From NCBI GenBank assembly GCA_050633305.1, contig JBOEGF010000004.1:256001-320000 (forward strand): a stretch of 64,000 bases of DNA, written 5' to 3'. Below the pieces are notes generated by a model. It saw only the letters and a list, made by a program, of their open reading frames with translations, was not told where the DNA came from and did not search any database. The DNA comes from Nannocystales bacterium (GTDB lineage: Bacteria; Myxococcota_A; Polyangia; Nannocystales; Nannocystaceae). Position numbers and translations under genes: made by a program. Below, piece after piece: positions 29,752 to 39,295 of this stretch (position 1 is the first letter of the stretch; each line of letters starts with the position of its first letter).

Positions 29752-32700
29752 TCAGAGGGTTGTGGTGTCCGAAACGGTGTAAGAGGCGCTGATGGAGAAG
29801 ATGAGGAAGATGTCGACCTGAACCTTGACGGAGCCCGAGTAGTCGCACTTCGTCGCCCCTGCATCGTCGTAGCAGAGGCCCTTGAGTTCGGCCCGAACCT
29901 TGACCTTGACGATGGTGAAGTCGATGCCTGCCTCCAGGGCAACGAGGCCCCCATACTTCGCTTTGTCGTTGGTGATGTCGTAGCTGAGGATGAAGCCAAC
30001 GCCGAGGTAGGCGTAGGCTTTGAAGGGCCCGATGGCTCCCTCAACCCCGACGCCGGCGAAAGCGTTGAGGGCGAGCTTCTCCGAGGTCGCTCCGCCCGCG
30101 ATGCTGTCGATGGCGAAGTCGGCCCCAACCGAGACGATCACGAAGACGGACGCGATACCGATCGAGAGCACGGGAATCTTGCCCTCGAGCGCAAGTCCGA
30201 ACTTGCCTGAGTTCTTGACGAGGCCGGTGTCTTTGTCGAAGCCCGTGGAAGCGGCCAGCTTCAGCTTCAGCTTCAGGTCAGCGCCCGCGAACAGCGTGAT
30301 CGAAACCCGAGGGACATCGACCTTGAGCGAGGCCTCGAACTTGAACTCGTGCTTGGCGTTGGTGGTGCCCAGCTCGATAGGTCCGTCTGTGCCGCGCTGG
30401 CCGAACAGGGGGATGAACTGCAGGATCGACTCAATGTCGTCGTGGACGAGGGACTCGATCTCGGCAATCTGTGGCCGCTGCTGGGTGGACCCCACGACCC
30501 GCAAGCGAGAGCCGCTGATCCGCTCCATGCCGGCGATGTCGTTATAGATCTCCAGTCCCGTGAACTCCGCCTCCCAATGACCGTGGTCGATGACCATCCG
30601 CAACGTGGCGTGGTCGTAGTTCATCTTGGTGCCGTGCCCGTTCTCGCCCGAGAGGCGCAGCGGCGTGGGGTGGCCCGCGATATTGATCGGAGACGACAGG
30701 GAGAGGGTTCCGCTCGGCGCGACGTCGAAGAACAGCGTGCCCGGCAAGTCGATGGTGTTCGGCGGGGGGGGGAACGCGCCCTTGGACGTGGTTCGCGCGA
30801 TGACGTCAGCCAAGGCGGGCGTCCCCCCGGTCTGCAGCTGATTGCTCCCGGTGCTTGAGATCAACGGCCGGGGGAACAGGAACGCGTGGGTCGGCGTGCT
30901 CTGCAGAAGCGCGTACTCCTGTTCGGGGGGGCTCAACTCGTACAAGTCGGCGGGGTCGGCGAATCGATAGGGCCCCGCCAAACCCGTGAGCGGAGGCTCG
31001 GCGAAGACGGCCTGGCTCGCCGTGGGGTAGGTCACCGGATAGCGGCGGATCAGGGGGACACCACGACCCTCGCTGACGGGCACGGCTTCGCGGTGCTCGT
31101 CGGCGACGCCGGCGACGGGGCGCTTGACCACCGACCAGGCACCCGTGGTGGGAAGGCGGGGGACGCCCCGCACCGTCGCGACCAACACCGGGCCACCCAT
31201 GTCCATAGCTATCGCGACTTCGAGTCGCCGCACTCGGAACGGCAGGCCGCTGTTGCCCACGTCGATCCACACGTCGAGCGGGCCTCCAACCGCCCCCTGC
31301 GACTCGACGAGGTCTCGCAGGGCTGCGCCCGAGGCTGGCTCCCCGTCGGGCGTCGTCTGCAGATACCCCAGCATGCCGATCGCCTGGGTCCGTCCGGAAG
31401 CCCCGTCCAGCGCGACGTTCGCGTCAAAGTAGTAGGGGATGAACGTGGCGCCACCCGAGGAGACCTCGGTCCCGGGCGCAGGTCGGATCGAGCGCACGTC
31501 AAACATGCCGCGGAACACCCCGGCGTCGAATCGATACGGCGCGTTGAGGATGTTTCCGGTCGTGTCCGCGTAGCGGTAGTCGAACATGCCCGGGGTGATG
31601 GGCTGCCAGCCCGAATCGCGCCGGACGACCCCGCCGCCGGGACGGCGCTCGATCGTGACCGACCGGGTGACGCGAATGCCCCACGGGTGCAGGACGCTGT
31701 TGACCTTGATGATCTCCATCGCGGTTCGGCCCTTGATCACGCTGAACTGCACCTTCGCCGTCTCGGCGAAGGCGGCGAACGGGTTCTCCCACTCGCTGAA
31801 GTTCGAGGCCCCGTAGCCCGAGATGTCGAACCGGGTGACCGGGACCCGCGGGTTCGAGGCCATGTCGTTGTTGAACACTGTCTCGACGTTGCTCGATGGG
31901 TCAGCGGTCGAACCCAGCACCGAGAGGCCCAAGGGCGCGCCGGTGGCCAGGTCGACACCATTGATCACCTGTCGCATCGCGCCCTCGAACGTGGGCGAGA
32001 CGCCTCCCGGTAGACGCCCGTGTTCGGCGACTGCGGTGATCTGGTGACCGCCGACCGAGTCCCGCGTCGGGAACTTGGGGCGCGTGTTCTGCAGCAGGTC
32101 CGCCTTGCGTGCGCTACTCGCATCGGGGTTGACGATGGCGGTGGCCATGAGGCCGAACGGAAGGGTCGTACGTAGACCCACCCTTTGACCGGCTTCGAAC
32201 TCGGCCTGGGTCCTCTCGAGGGCCTCGTCAGGCACGATGGGTGTCAGCCGCTGCGAGCGAACCCCCACGACACTCGGGCCCCCGTCGGTCGCGGAGGCTA
32301 GCGGAGTGGGAAACCAGCCCAGGGTGGCGACGTCTTGGTCCACGTCGAGGGTACGGACCGGCTCCCACTGGATGGCGGGCAAGGTCATCACCACCATGCG
32401 GGCCAACGCGGCCTGGACGTCGAGTCCGTCCACGGCGAACGAAGCCGAAACCCCGGGCACGAGGTGGGAGGCCGCGACGCGCGGCTCGTCCCGGTTGTGC
32501 GCCTCGAGGGCGACGCCAAGCAAGTCCTGGTTGGTCGAGACGTCGAGGAGGGCCACATTGGGCCGAGCCGGATGGAACTTGCTCCAGACGGCGCCGAGTA
32601 GGTCCATCGACTCCTTGTTCGACCGGCTCGCCGCATCCAGCCGCTTCGCACGGCTGTCCTGTTCCTTGCTCTGGGCCTTGTCCCAGCGGGCCTGCTCGCG

Positions 32701-34599
32701 CTCCGAGAGTTGCAGCCGATGTTGATCGACCTGGGTGAGTCCGAGGGCGACCGGCCGTCGGTCGTGGTCGTCCTGCTGCGGGCCCATGCCACGGACGGGT
32801 TTCGCGAGGGTGCGGCCGAGCTGTCCCTCGAAGGAGACCGACACGGTCTCCGGGTTCGACCAGGCGATCTCCGCCACGAGTCGACCGGTCGGGGACGGAC
32901 GGTCCGCGCCAGGCGAGCTGGCACACACGTTCGAGACGTAGGGATCGGGAAGGGTCGGGCACCAGCCATACGCACCCATCAACAGGGCCGCGCGCCCCTT
33001 CTCGATCGTCTGCCCGCGGCCCCGCTGGCCCTGGGCCACGATGTAGACCGGCTTGCTCACCCAGACGAGCCCGTTCCGCAGCGCGAGCTGCATGGCCGCC
33101 TGCGGCGACTCCTCGACCACCATCAACGTCGCCTCGACCCGCTTGTCTCGCCGAAGCAGCGCGAACAGGCCCCGTCCTCGCGCGGCAGGGATCGGCTCGG
33201 CGTCCGTCTGCAGGGGGCGGTCGAGCCCGGCGAGGCCTTCACCGGAGACCGCGAAGGCCTCGCCGGCGACGAGGTCGCACGCATGAAGCAGCACGAAGGG
33301 CGCGGGGTGGCGATGCGTCCACGGAAGCCGGCCGCCGGCTCCGCGCGCCTCCCACAGGACATGGTCGAAGACAACCGCGGGGGACAAGGCGGCGACGTCG
33401 TTCGCGAAGAGCATCGTGCCGCTGGCCGAGATGCCGAGCCAGGCCTGCGCGATCGCGTGGAAGCGCTCGTCTGGCGAATACCAGCGGCACGAGAACTCGC
33501 GCAGGTCGAGCAAGAACTGAGGTGCGACCGAGGCTTCGTCCAGGACCGCCGGATCGGCGACCGACACCACGGGGAAGCCGAGGCCCCCCCTCTCGATGCG
33601 GGCCTTGCCGGTGAACGTCGCCAGCGCGTCGGAGAACGGCTCGAAGGAGAACGTGTCGGGCTCGACTGCATAGTGCAGCACGGCCGTCCATCGATCGGTG
33701 ATGTACGACCACGTCGAGCGGGGCTCCTTGAAGTGAAAGGTCTGGTCCCACGCCGTGGCACGGCCCGAGGAGCCCTTGATGCGAAGCGCTCCGTCCTTGA
33801 ACGCGAACACGAGTTTCTCGGGCAGCTCGATCGTCGCGCCTGCGGCGCGGCACCCCCCGTCCTGGGGCTGGACGGTCGGCGTCTGGAGCTCGAGCGTCAG
33901 CGTTCCCGTGAGAGCACCGCCGAGCTCCACTGTGTCGCCGTCGACGGATGCTGCGCCGGAGAGCGCGAGACTCCCGTCGCGTATCTGGATGCCGACGTAG
34001 GCATTGGCCGGCAGCGCGCTGCTGATCAGATCACCCCGAACCCAGACGGTGCCCGCCTGCAGATCGAGTGTCGTCGTGCCGCGAGATGTCCGCGGTCGAT
34101 GGGCGCGACTCAACGCGAGCAACGGGCGGGGCTCCCCCGTACGCACGACCGTCATCGCCTTCGCGGCGAAGAACGCCTCGAACCACACTTCGCGCGCGCC
34201 GAGATTGAACGGGCCGACCCGCTCGCTCACACGCAGGCCACTGAGACGGTCGACGGCCAACAAGCTCGTGGCGCCATCGTCCTCGACGCGGCGCATCTCG
34301 ACGACGTCGGTCTCCGCGCCTTCACGCTGGTCTTCGCGCTCCGCGATGTCTGCTCGAAGCGTCTGGCCGAGGGTCTCGAGCGCCTCCTCGTCGAGCGCCA
34401 CACGAAGGGGTTGTGCGACGCCCGCGAGGCCGCGGACCAGCACGGGCTCGTCCTCCGAGGCTGCGGGCCGGGCGAGAAGCGACGAAGCGAGAGCTTGAAC
34501 CCGAGAGAGCTTCGCCGGGTCGGAGGGTAGAGTCAGGTCGGAGGTTAGGCGGGCAACCTTCTCCACGACGGTGTTGGGGATGCGTTTTGGCGACGACAT
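29752..34599 (-). CDS. Very large hypothetical protein (1615 aa), beta-rich, with an amphipathic beta-meander C-terminus
   Basis: Long ORF with protein-like composition and no signal peptide. The last ~190 aa are Gly-rich alternating hydrophobic strands ending VDIFLIFSISASYTVSDTTTL. Confidence 0.85.
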   Translation of the reverse strand: MSSPKRIPNTVVEKVARLTSDLTLPSDPAKLSRVQALASSLLARPAASEDEPVLVRGLAGVAQPLRVALDEEALETLGQTLRADIAEREDQREGAETDVVEMRRVEDDGATSLLAVDRLSGLRVSERVGPFNLGAREVWFEAFFAAKAMTVVRTGEPRPLLALSRAHRPRTSRGTTTLDLQAGTVWVRGDLISSALPANAYVGIQIRDGSLALSGAASVDGDTVELGGALTGTLTLELQTPTVQPQDGGCRAAGATIELPEKLVFAFKDGALRIKGSSGRATAWDQTFHFKEPRSTWSYITDRWTAVLHYAVEPDTFSFEPFSDALATFTGKARIERGGLGFPVVSVADPAVLDEASVAPQFLLDLREFSCRWYSPDERFHAIAQAWLGISASGTMLFANDVAALSPAVVFDHVLWEARGAGGRLPWTHRHPAPFVLLHACDLVAGEAFAVSGEGLAGLDRPLQTDAEPIPAARGRGLFALLRRDKRVEATLMVVEESPQAAMQLALRNGLVWVSKPVYIVAQGQRGRGQTIEKGRAALLMGAYGWCPTLPDPYVSNVCASSPGADRPSPTGRLVAEIAWSNPETVSVSFEGQLGRTLAKPVRGMGPQQDDHDRRPVALGLTQVDQHRLQLSEREQARWDKAQSKEQDSRAKRLDAASRSNKESMDLLGAVWSKFHPARPNVALLDVSTNQDLLGVALEAHNRDEPRVAASHLVPGVSASFAVDGLDVQAALARMVVMTLPAIQWEPVRTLDVDQDVATLGWFPTPLASATDGGPSVVGVRSQRLTPIVPDEALERTQAEFEAGQRVGLRTTLPFGLMATAIVNPDASSARKADLLQNTRPKFPTRDSVGGHQITAVAEHGRLPGGVSPTFEGAMRQVINGVDLATGAPLGLSVLGSTADPSSNVETVFNNDMASNPRVPVTRFDISGYGASNFSEWENPFAAFAETAKVQFSVIKGRTAMEIIKVNSVLHPWGIRVTRSVTIERRPGGGVVRRDSGWQPITPGMFDYRYADTTGNILNAPYRFDAGVFRGMFDVRSIRPAPGTEVSSGGATFIPYYFDANVALDGASGRTQAIGMLGYLQTTPDGEPASGAALRDLVESQGAVGGPLDVWIDVGNSGLPFRVRRLEVAIAMDMGGPVLVATVRGVPRLPTTGAWSVVKRPVAGVADEHREAVPVSEGRGVPLIRRYPVTYPTASQAVFAEPPLTGLAGPYRFADPADLYELSPPEQEYALLQSTPTHAFLFPRPLISSTGSNQLQTGGTPALADVIARTTSKGAFPPPPNTIDLPGTLFFDVAPSGTLSLSSPINIAGHPTPLRLSGENGHGTKMNYDHATLRMVIDHGHWEAEFTGLEIYNDIAGMERISGSRLRVVGSTQQRPQIAEIESLVHDDIESILQFIPLFGQRGTDGPIELGTTNAKHEFKFEASLKVDVPRVSITLFAGADLKLKLKLAASTGFDKDTGLVKNSGKFGLALEGKIPVLSIGIASVFVIVSVGADFAIDSIAGGATSEKLALNAFAGVGVEGAIGPFKAYAYLGVGFILSYDITNDKAKYGGLVALEAGIDFTIVKVKVRAELKGLCYDDAGATKCDYSGSVKVQVDIFLIFSISASYTVSDTTTL

Positions 34600-34745
34600 G
34601 GGACTTGTGGGGGGGGGAGCAGTCGGTGGTTGCGCGGACGACAGGCAAGCGTCGGCGGCCCGCGTGAAGTCGCGGCACGCAGGCGTGCGTCACCGTCACG
34701 CACGGCCGGGCGCGTGCATGCGGTCAGGTTCAGGAGCTGACAAGG

Positions 34746-34765
34746 CGGCCGCGTCGACGCGGCCG
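34746..34765. other. Perfect 20-bp palindrome just after the 348-aa gene stop (possible hairpin or operator)
   Basis: cggccgcgtcgacgcggccg is self-complementary. Confidence 0.4.
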
Positions 34766-34769
34766 GAGT

Positions 34770-35816
34770 TCAGGTCTCGAGCAGGCCCAGGCTGGCGTCC
34801 TCGAGCAAGGACCCGAGGGCCGCCCCCTGGTCGTCGAGCAGCTGGGTGGCGTTCAACGCGTCTCTTACAATCCGCGGCCGTGCACGCTCAGCTTCGATCC
34901 GAAACGACTCGAACAGCTCGAGGATGCGTCCGACGTCGCGCGGGTCGATGCCGGGCAGCGTCGTGAGGTCGTTGGGGATGAGAATCGGTCCGGGCCCGGT
35001 CGGCGGATCCGTCGGTTTGGTGGGAGTGAGGATCGGTTCGGGGAGCCCATTGCCATTGCCTCGGTCCTCCGCCGCGTGGGCGTTGTCGACCCGAAGCTGG
35101 AACGTGTGGCTTGGGCCCCGCTTGACGTTGATCGTCACGTCGATGACCCCACCGCCGGGCATGTTGGCGAACGGGAAGGAACTGCAGAATTTGGTTCCGA
35201 CCCGCTCTCCGTCGTCCTCCCATGGGGTGGACGTCCAGTCGCCAGCGGGTGCCGATGTGATGCTTACGTCCTCGAGTCCCTTCCAAAACACGCAGACCTG
35301 GAAAGTGGAGCTGTCCGCTGCGGCGTAGTCCAGCTGCTGCCACACGCCGTCGGTGCGCCGTACCCAGTATTCGCGTCCAATCAGCTCGGTGGCTGCGCCC
35401 GGCGGGGTGCCGTCGCCGCTTTGCTCATAGACCGCAATACCACCAGACTCGTTCGTCGCCAGCAGCCACACGACCGGACTTGGCGCCTTCCGACTCCGAA
35501 CCAGGTGCAGCATCAGCGCATGGGCCCCTTCGCTCGGGGGCGGCACATCCGGCCGCGGTGCGAGGATCGGCTTCGCACGCTGCAGTCGAGACTGGAGCTC
35601 CGCGAGCGTGAGCTTCGGGGCGATCACCTTCAGCTTCGCCTCGAGGGCGCTTGCGTGTTTCTCAACCGCACCAACCCACTCTTGGAGGGCTTGGACGACG
35701 GCGGTCCGGGAGGGCGGCAGGCGTTTCGAGCGGTCAAGGTCGCTCGCGAGCGCCAGGAGCTGCTCGGCTTCGAGGACGGAGGCGCGAAGTTTGGATGGGG
35801 TGCCGGTTTTCTTCAT
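34770..35816 (-). CDS. Hypothetical protein (348 aa)
   Basis: ATGA overlap with the kinase stop. Helical N- and C-termini flank a Trp-rich beta region and a Pro-rich linker. Confidence 0.75.
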   Translation of the reverse strand: MKKTGTPSKLRASVLEAEQLLALASDLDRSKRLPPSRTAVVQALQEWVGAVEKHASALEAKLKVIAPKLTLAELQSRLQRAKPILAPRPDVPPPSEGAHALMLHLVRSRKAPSPVVWLLATNESGGIAVYEQSGDGTPPGAATELIGREYWVRRTDGVWQQLDYAAADSSTFQVCVFWKGLEDVSITSAPAGDWTSTPWEDDGERVGTKFCSSFPFANMPGGGVIDVTINVKRGPSHTFQLRVDNAHAAEDRGNGNGLPEPILTPTKPTDPPTGPGPILIPNDLTTLPGIDPRDVGRILELFESFRIEAERARPRIVRDALNATQLLDDQGAALGSLLEDASLGLLET

Positions 35817-38518
35817 GGGTCGTCGCTTTCCGCGGAGGAAGAGAGGCCTCGATGCAGGCGATCGAGCTTCTCCCGGTAGGCCGCATCTTGGGTGGAGTTG
35901 GTTGCGTATCGGGCCTCGTGGAGCCGTAGCCGTCGGCGCGCCCCGTCGGCGTTCCCGTTGTGGGCGAGGTATGAGATCAGGATCAGTTCGTCATCTCGCG
36001 CGGCCGTGGACAAAGGCGGGCGGGCGGTGTCATGAGACTCCACCAGGAGGGCCGCGGCCGCCTCGGCGCGCGCCCAGTCGGCGCGAGCGTGCTGAACGTT
36101 TCGCGCCACGCGGAGCGCTTCCACGCGGTGTGCCTGGGGGAAGTCATCGAGCGTCTCGAGGATGTTTACGAGTTCGGTCGCATCGTGAGCCACGGCGGGT
36201 CCAACATTCTCTTCCTCGAGGAGCTCGACGCGGGTCCGAAGGGTTAGCGCCCACGCGAACGGAGCGCTGAGACGACCATGGACGACCTCGCTCAACGTGG
36301 TGGCCGCTGCGGCGTGCTCCCTGGCCACCATCAGATGACGGCGCCGTGCCGCGGCCCCTGAGGCGGCCTTCGCTGCGCGCACGTGCACGCCTGCGGTGCG
36401 CACCCGGGCGTCGACGAGCAGGGGGTGCTCTGTGCTTCCCAGGGACTGGACTCGATCGGCGAAGGCACGGTCCGCGAGGAGTGTCGCTTCGTCGTGTCGA
36501 TCCTGCGCCGAGAGCATCTCGGCGAGAAACTCTCGGGCCGCCGCGCTGCCCAGGGCCCCGTCCTCGATCTCCGCGAACCGCTCTGCAGCGTCCTGGTAGG
36601 CCTCCGCCGCGGACGTCAGCTGCCCCTTGCCTTGGGCGAGGTGACCTTCGAGAACTGTCAGCTCGGCCCGCAGCCGCGGTCGCTCCGCCAAGCGCGCGAG
36701 CTGAGCGCGGGCGAGTGCCAGCACCGGCGAAGCCGCTTCGACCCGGCCCTCGACGATGAGGGTTTCGGTCAGGTGGTATTGGATCGAGTAGGTGAGCTGC
36801 GCCTGTCCTTGGCGCTGGGCCAGCTCCAGCGCCTCCAGCAGGACGTCGATCGCGGTCTGGGCGTCTCCACGGCGGGCAGCGAGGACGCCCAGTCGATGGA
36901 GCGCCTCCGCGCCGAACGCTTCGTGATCTGCCGCTCGCGCTCGAGCCAACGCCTTCTGCGCGGCGTCGCGGCTTTGCGCGTAGCGTCCCAGGATCCACGA
37001 CGTCTCGGCGTCTTCGATGCTTCGCTCGAGCGCCGTGCGCGTTGAATTGTCCAGGGGCTCGGGCCGCGCCCCCACAGGGCTGACGTACCCGCAGCGCTCC
37101 GGGTTGTCGGGCAGCACGCGGGCGAGGCGTGGGCTCAGGAGCGCCTCGGACACGTCCGCGCTCCAAGCGACGCGTCGCGTCAGGCGTCGCTCCCAGCGGG
37201 CGAAACAATGGTCGCGGGCTTCGGCCGTCGCGTCATCGACGAGACCTGCGGCGTGCTGCCGGCAGCTCTCGGTTCGTGCGGCCGCCCACCGATTGAGGCT
37301 TCGATGGGTCCGGCGGTGCATCTCGGCCACCAAGACGGCGGACGGTTCCGAGGTTGCCCTTGCCTTCATCTGCTCCCAGTGCGGCGCGAGGGTGTCCTCA
37401 AGGCCGGCCGCATTCCACACTTGGCAGGGACCGGTATCGGGTCGGGCGACCGCGTACGCGGAGGGCAGGGCGGCCGCCAGCACCAGCAGGGTGATGAGTG
37501 TGCCTCGCCGGCGCCGCTGGTGTGCGATGAGGGCTTCGGTCAGCGCCTCCATGTCTGGATAGCGAGCGGCGGGTTCTGGGTCGGTGCCGCGCGTGAGCAC
37601 GCGACGAAGCCACCGTGGGGCGCGGACGGGCTCGGGCTCCGCCGCGGCCTCTTCGGTGACAGGAGAGACCGTGGGCAGCGGGACGGGGCATAGCGTGCCG
37701 CCGAGTGCCTCTAGGACGACCCTGCAGAACGCAAACTGGTCGGACTTCGCCGACGCCTCGCCGTAGAACTGCTCGGGCGCCATGTACTCCGGCGTTCCCA
37801 GGGTCGAGGCCGTCGACAGAGCGTCGGTCTCAACCGGGCCCTCAGAGGGGGTCGGAATCTCGCCGTGGCGGTCGACCCTCGCAATGCCGAAGTCCGCCAC
37901 CACGACCCGCTGGCGTGCCTCGTCGAACATCACGTTCTCCGGCTTGAAGTCCCGGTGCACGATGCCCGCCTCATGGGCGGCCGCGAGAGCACGCGCGGCG
38001 GGCAACAAGCGTTCGAGCACCGCCGACCAGCCCAGCGCCGGCGCCTCGCGGATCCAGCCCCGCAGGGACGCACCCTCGACTCGCTCCATCGCAAGGAAGC
38101 GCCGGCCCTGTATCACGCCCGCGTGATGCACCCGCACCACGTTGGGATGATCGATCCGCGCCAACACGCGTGCCTCTCGCTGGAAGCGGCGGTCGTCGGC
38201 CTCGGAGCGACTGCGGTCGGGGTGGAGCACCTTGAGCGCCACGCGACGCTCGAGGTCGAGGTCGAGAGCATCGTAGACCTGTCCAAACGAGCCCTCGCCC
38301 AGAAGAGAGACCACACAGAAACGCCCGAACTGGTTGCCCTTGTCCAAGGCCGGGGGTGTGTCGATGAAGTCCGCCCCGGCGGCGGTCGCGATGCGGACGA
38401 GTTCGATGAGCCGGCGTGCTCGAGCCTCGTCTCCCGCGCACACGGCTTCGACTGCCGCTTCCCGCTCATCGACCGGAAGGTCCATGACCCGGTCGAAAAG
38501 TTCGGGGTCGTCAGCCAT
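35813..38518 (-). CDS. ECF-sigma-associated membrane Ser/Thr kinase with C-terminal TPRs
   Basis: Start re-called at ATG 38518. N-terminal LFDRVMDLPVDER...AVCAGD segment is typical of ECF-linked kinases. GEGSFGQV, VALK, HRDFKPEN, DFG, GTPEYMAPE, TM helix, TPRs. Confidence 0.92.
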   Translation of the reverse strand: MADDPELFDRVMDLPVDEREAAVEAVCAGDEARARRLIELVRIATAAGADFIDTPPALDKGNQFGRFCVVSLLGEGSFGQVYDALDLDLERRVALKVLHPDRSRSEADDRRFQREARVLARIDHPNVVRVHHAGVIQGRRFLAMERVEGASLRGWIREAPALGWSAVLERLLPAARALAAAHEAGIVHRDFKPENVMFDEARQRVVVADFGIARVDRHGEIPTPSEGPVETDALSTASTLGTPEYMAPEQFYGEASAKSDQFAFCRVVLEALGGTLCPVPLPTVSPVTEEAAAEPEPVRAPRWLRRVLTRGTDPEPAARYPDMEALTEALIAHQRRRRGTLITLLVLAAALPSAYAVARPDTGPCQVWNAAGLEDTLAPHWEQMKARATSEPSAVLVAEMHRRTHRSLNRWAAARTESCRQHAAGLVDDATAEARDHCFARWERRLTRRVAWSADVSEALLSPRLARVLPDNPERCGYVSPVGARPEPLDNSTRTALERSIEDAETSWILGRYAQSRDAAQKALARARAADHEAFGAEALHRLGVLAARRGDAQTAIDVLLEALELAQRQGQAQLTYSIQYHLTETLIVEGRVEAASPVLALARAQLARLAERPRLRAELTVLEGHLAQGKGQLTSAAEAYQDAAERFAEIEDGALGSAAAREFLAEMLSAQDRHDEATLLADRAFADRVQSLGSTEHPLLVDARVRTAGVHVRAAKAASGAAARRRHLMVAREHAAAATTLSEVVHGRLSAPFAWALTLRTRVELLEEENVGPAVAHDATELVNILETLDDFPQAHRVEALRVARNVQHARADWARAEAAAALLVESHDTARPPLSTAARDDELILISYLAHNGNADGARRRLRLHEARYATNSTQDAAYREKLDRLHRGLSSSAESDDP

Positions 38519-39107
38519 CGCTGGCCTCCTGTCTCGGGCGCTGGAGTCGAGCGTTGAGATGGGCACGCCCGTAGCGAAGCCAGCGAGCGACCGTCGACTG
38601 CGGTAGGTCGACCTCGGACGCGATCTCTCGGGTGGTGCAACCCAAGACGAAGCCAAGCTCGAGGACCCGCGCGAGCTGGGCCGGCTCGCTGACGTTGACG
38701 TCGGCCGCCTCGCCGCGGCGCAGTTCGGCGAGTGCGTCCAAGATGTCGAGCAGGCTCTCGGGATCGTCGTCGAAGGCAAGCAGCGCGTCGTCGTAGAACA
38801 CCCGTGCCCGCGCTTGCCCGTCGGGTCGCTTGGCCGAGCGCTTGCGGCGGCCGTGATCGGTGAGCGCGTTGTGCATCACCGTGCGGAGCATCGGCACGAT
38901 CGACGTAGGGTCGCCGCGCATCTGCTCCGCGCACGCGCTACCCAGCAGCCGCGAAAACGCTTCGTTGACCAACGTGTGCGTGTTCCAGGTCTCTCGGCCG
39001 CGTGAGCGCAGGACGGCACGTGCGATCGTGCGTGCCTGTTGGTACACGGTCCGCATCACCGCGGCGTCCGGCTCTGGGGCCGCACGACGTTGTCGATCCT
39101 TGGCCAT
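38511..39107 (-). CDS. ECF-type RNA polymerase sigma factor (TIGR02999-like, kinase-associated)
   Basis: TLVNEAFSRL, MHNALTDHGRRKRSAKR, LDILDALAEL and a region-4 HTH (TTREIASEVDLPQSTVARWL). Overlaps the kinase start. Confidence 0.88.
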   Translation of the reverse strand: MAKDRQRRAAPEPDAAVMRTVYQQARTIARAVLRSRGRETWNTHTLVNEAFSRLLGSACAEQMRGDPTSIVPMLRTVMHNALTDHGRRKRSAKRPDGQARARVFYDDALLAFDDDPESLLDILDALAELRRGEAADVNVSEPAQLARVLELGFVLGCTTREIASEVDLPQSTVARWLRYGRAHLNARLQRPRQEASDG

Positions 39108-39295
39108 CAGGACGACCAGCGTATGCCCACGTATCGAGGCCGACAACGGGTGTGCCGAGCAGCTGACGCGGCAGACAGGAGCGGGCGGCATCACGATGTA
39201 CGTACGAGTTCACCCGACTCGCTGAGCCACGACGCGAATCAAGAAAAACTGCCGCGAGGAGGAAACATGCCCGTCGGCCTCCCCATGCGGGCTCC

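Noticed and set aside
32710..34530. 606-aa plus-strand ORF
   Set aside because: Antisense to the 1615-aa gene, Arg/Gly-rich, no motifs.
38519..38779. N-terminal extension of the 988-aa kinase ORF
   Set aside because: It overlaps the sigma-factor gene in another frame; ATG 38518 gives the typical N-terminus.
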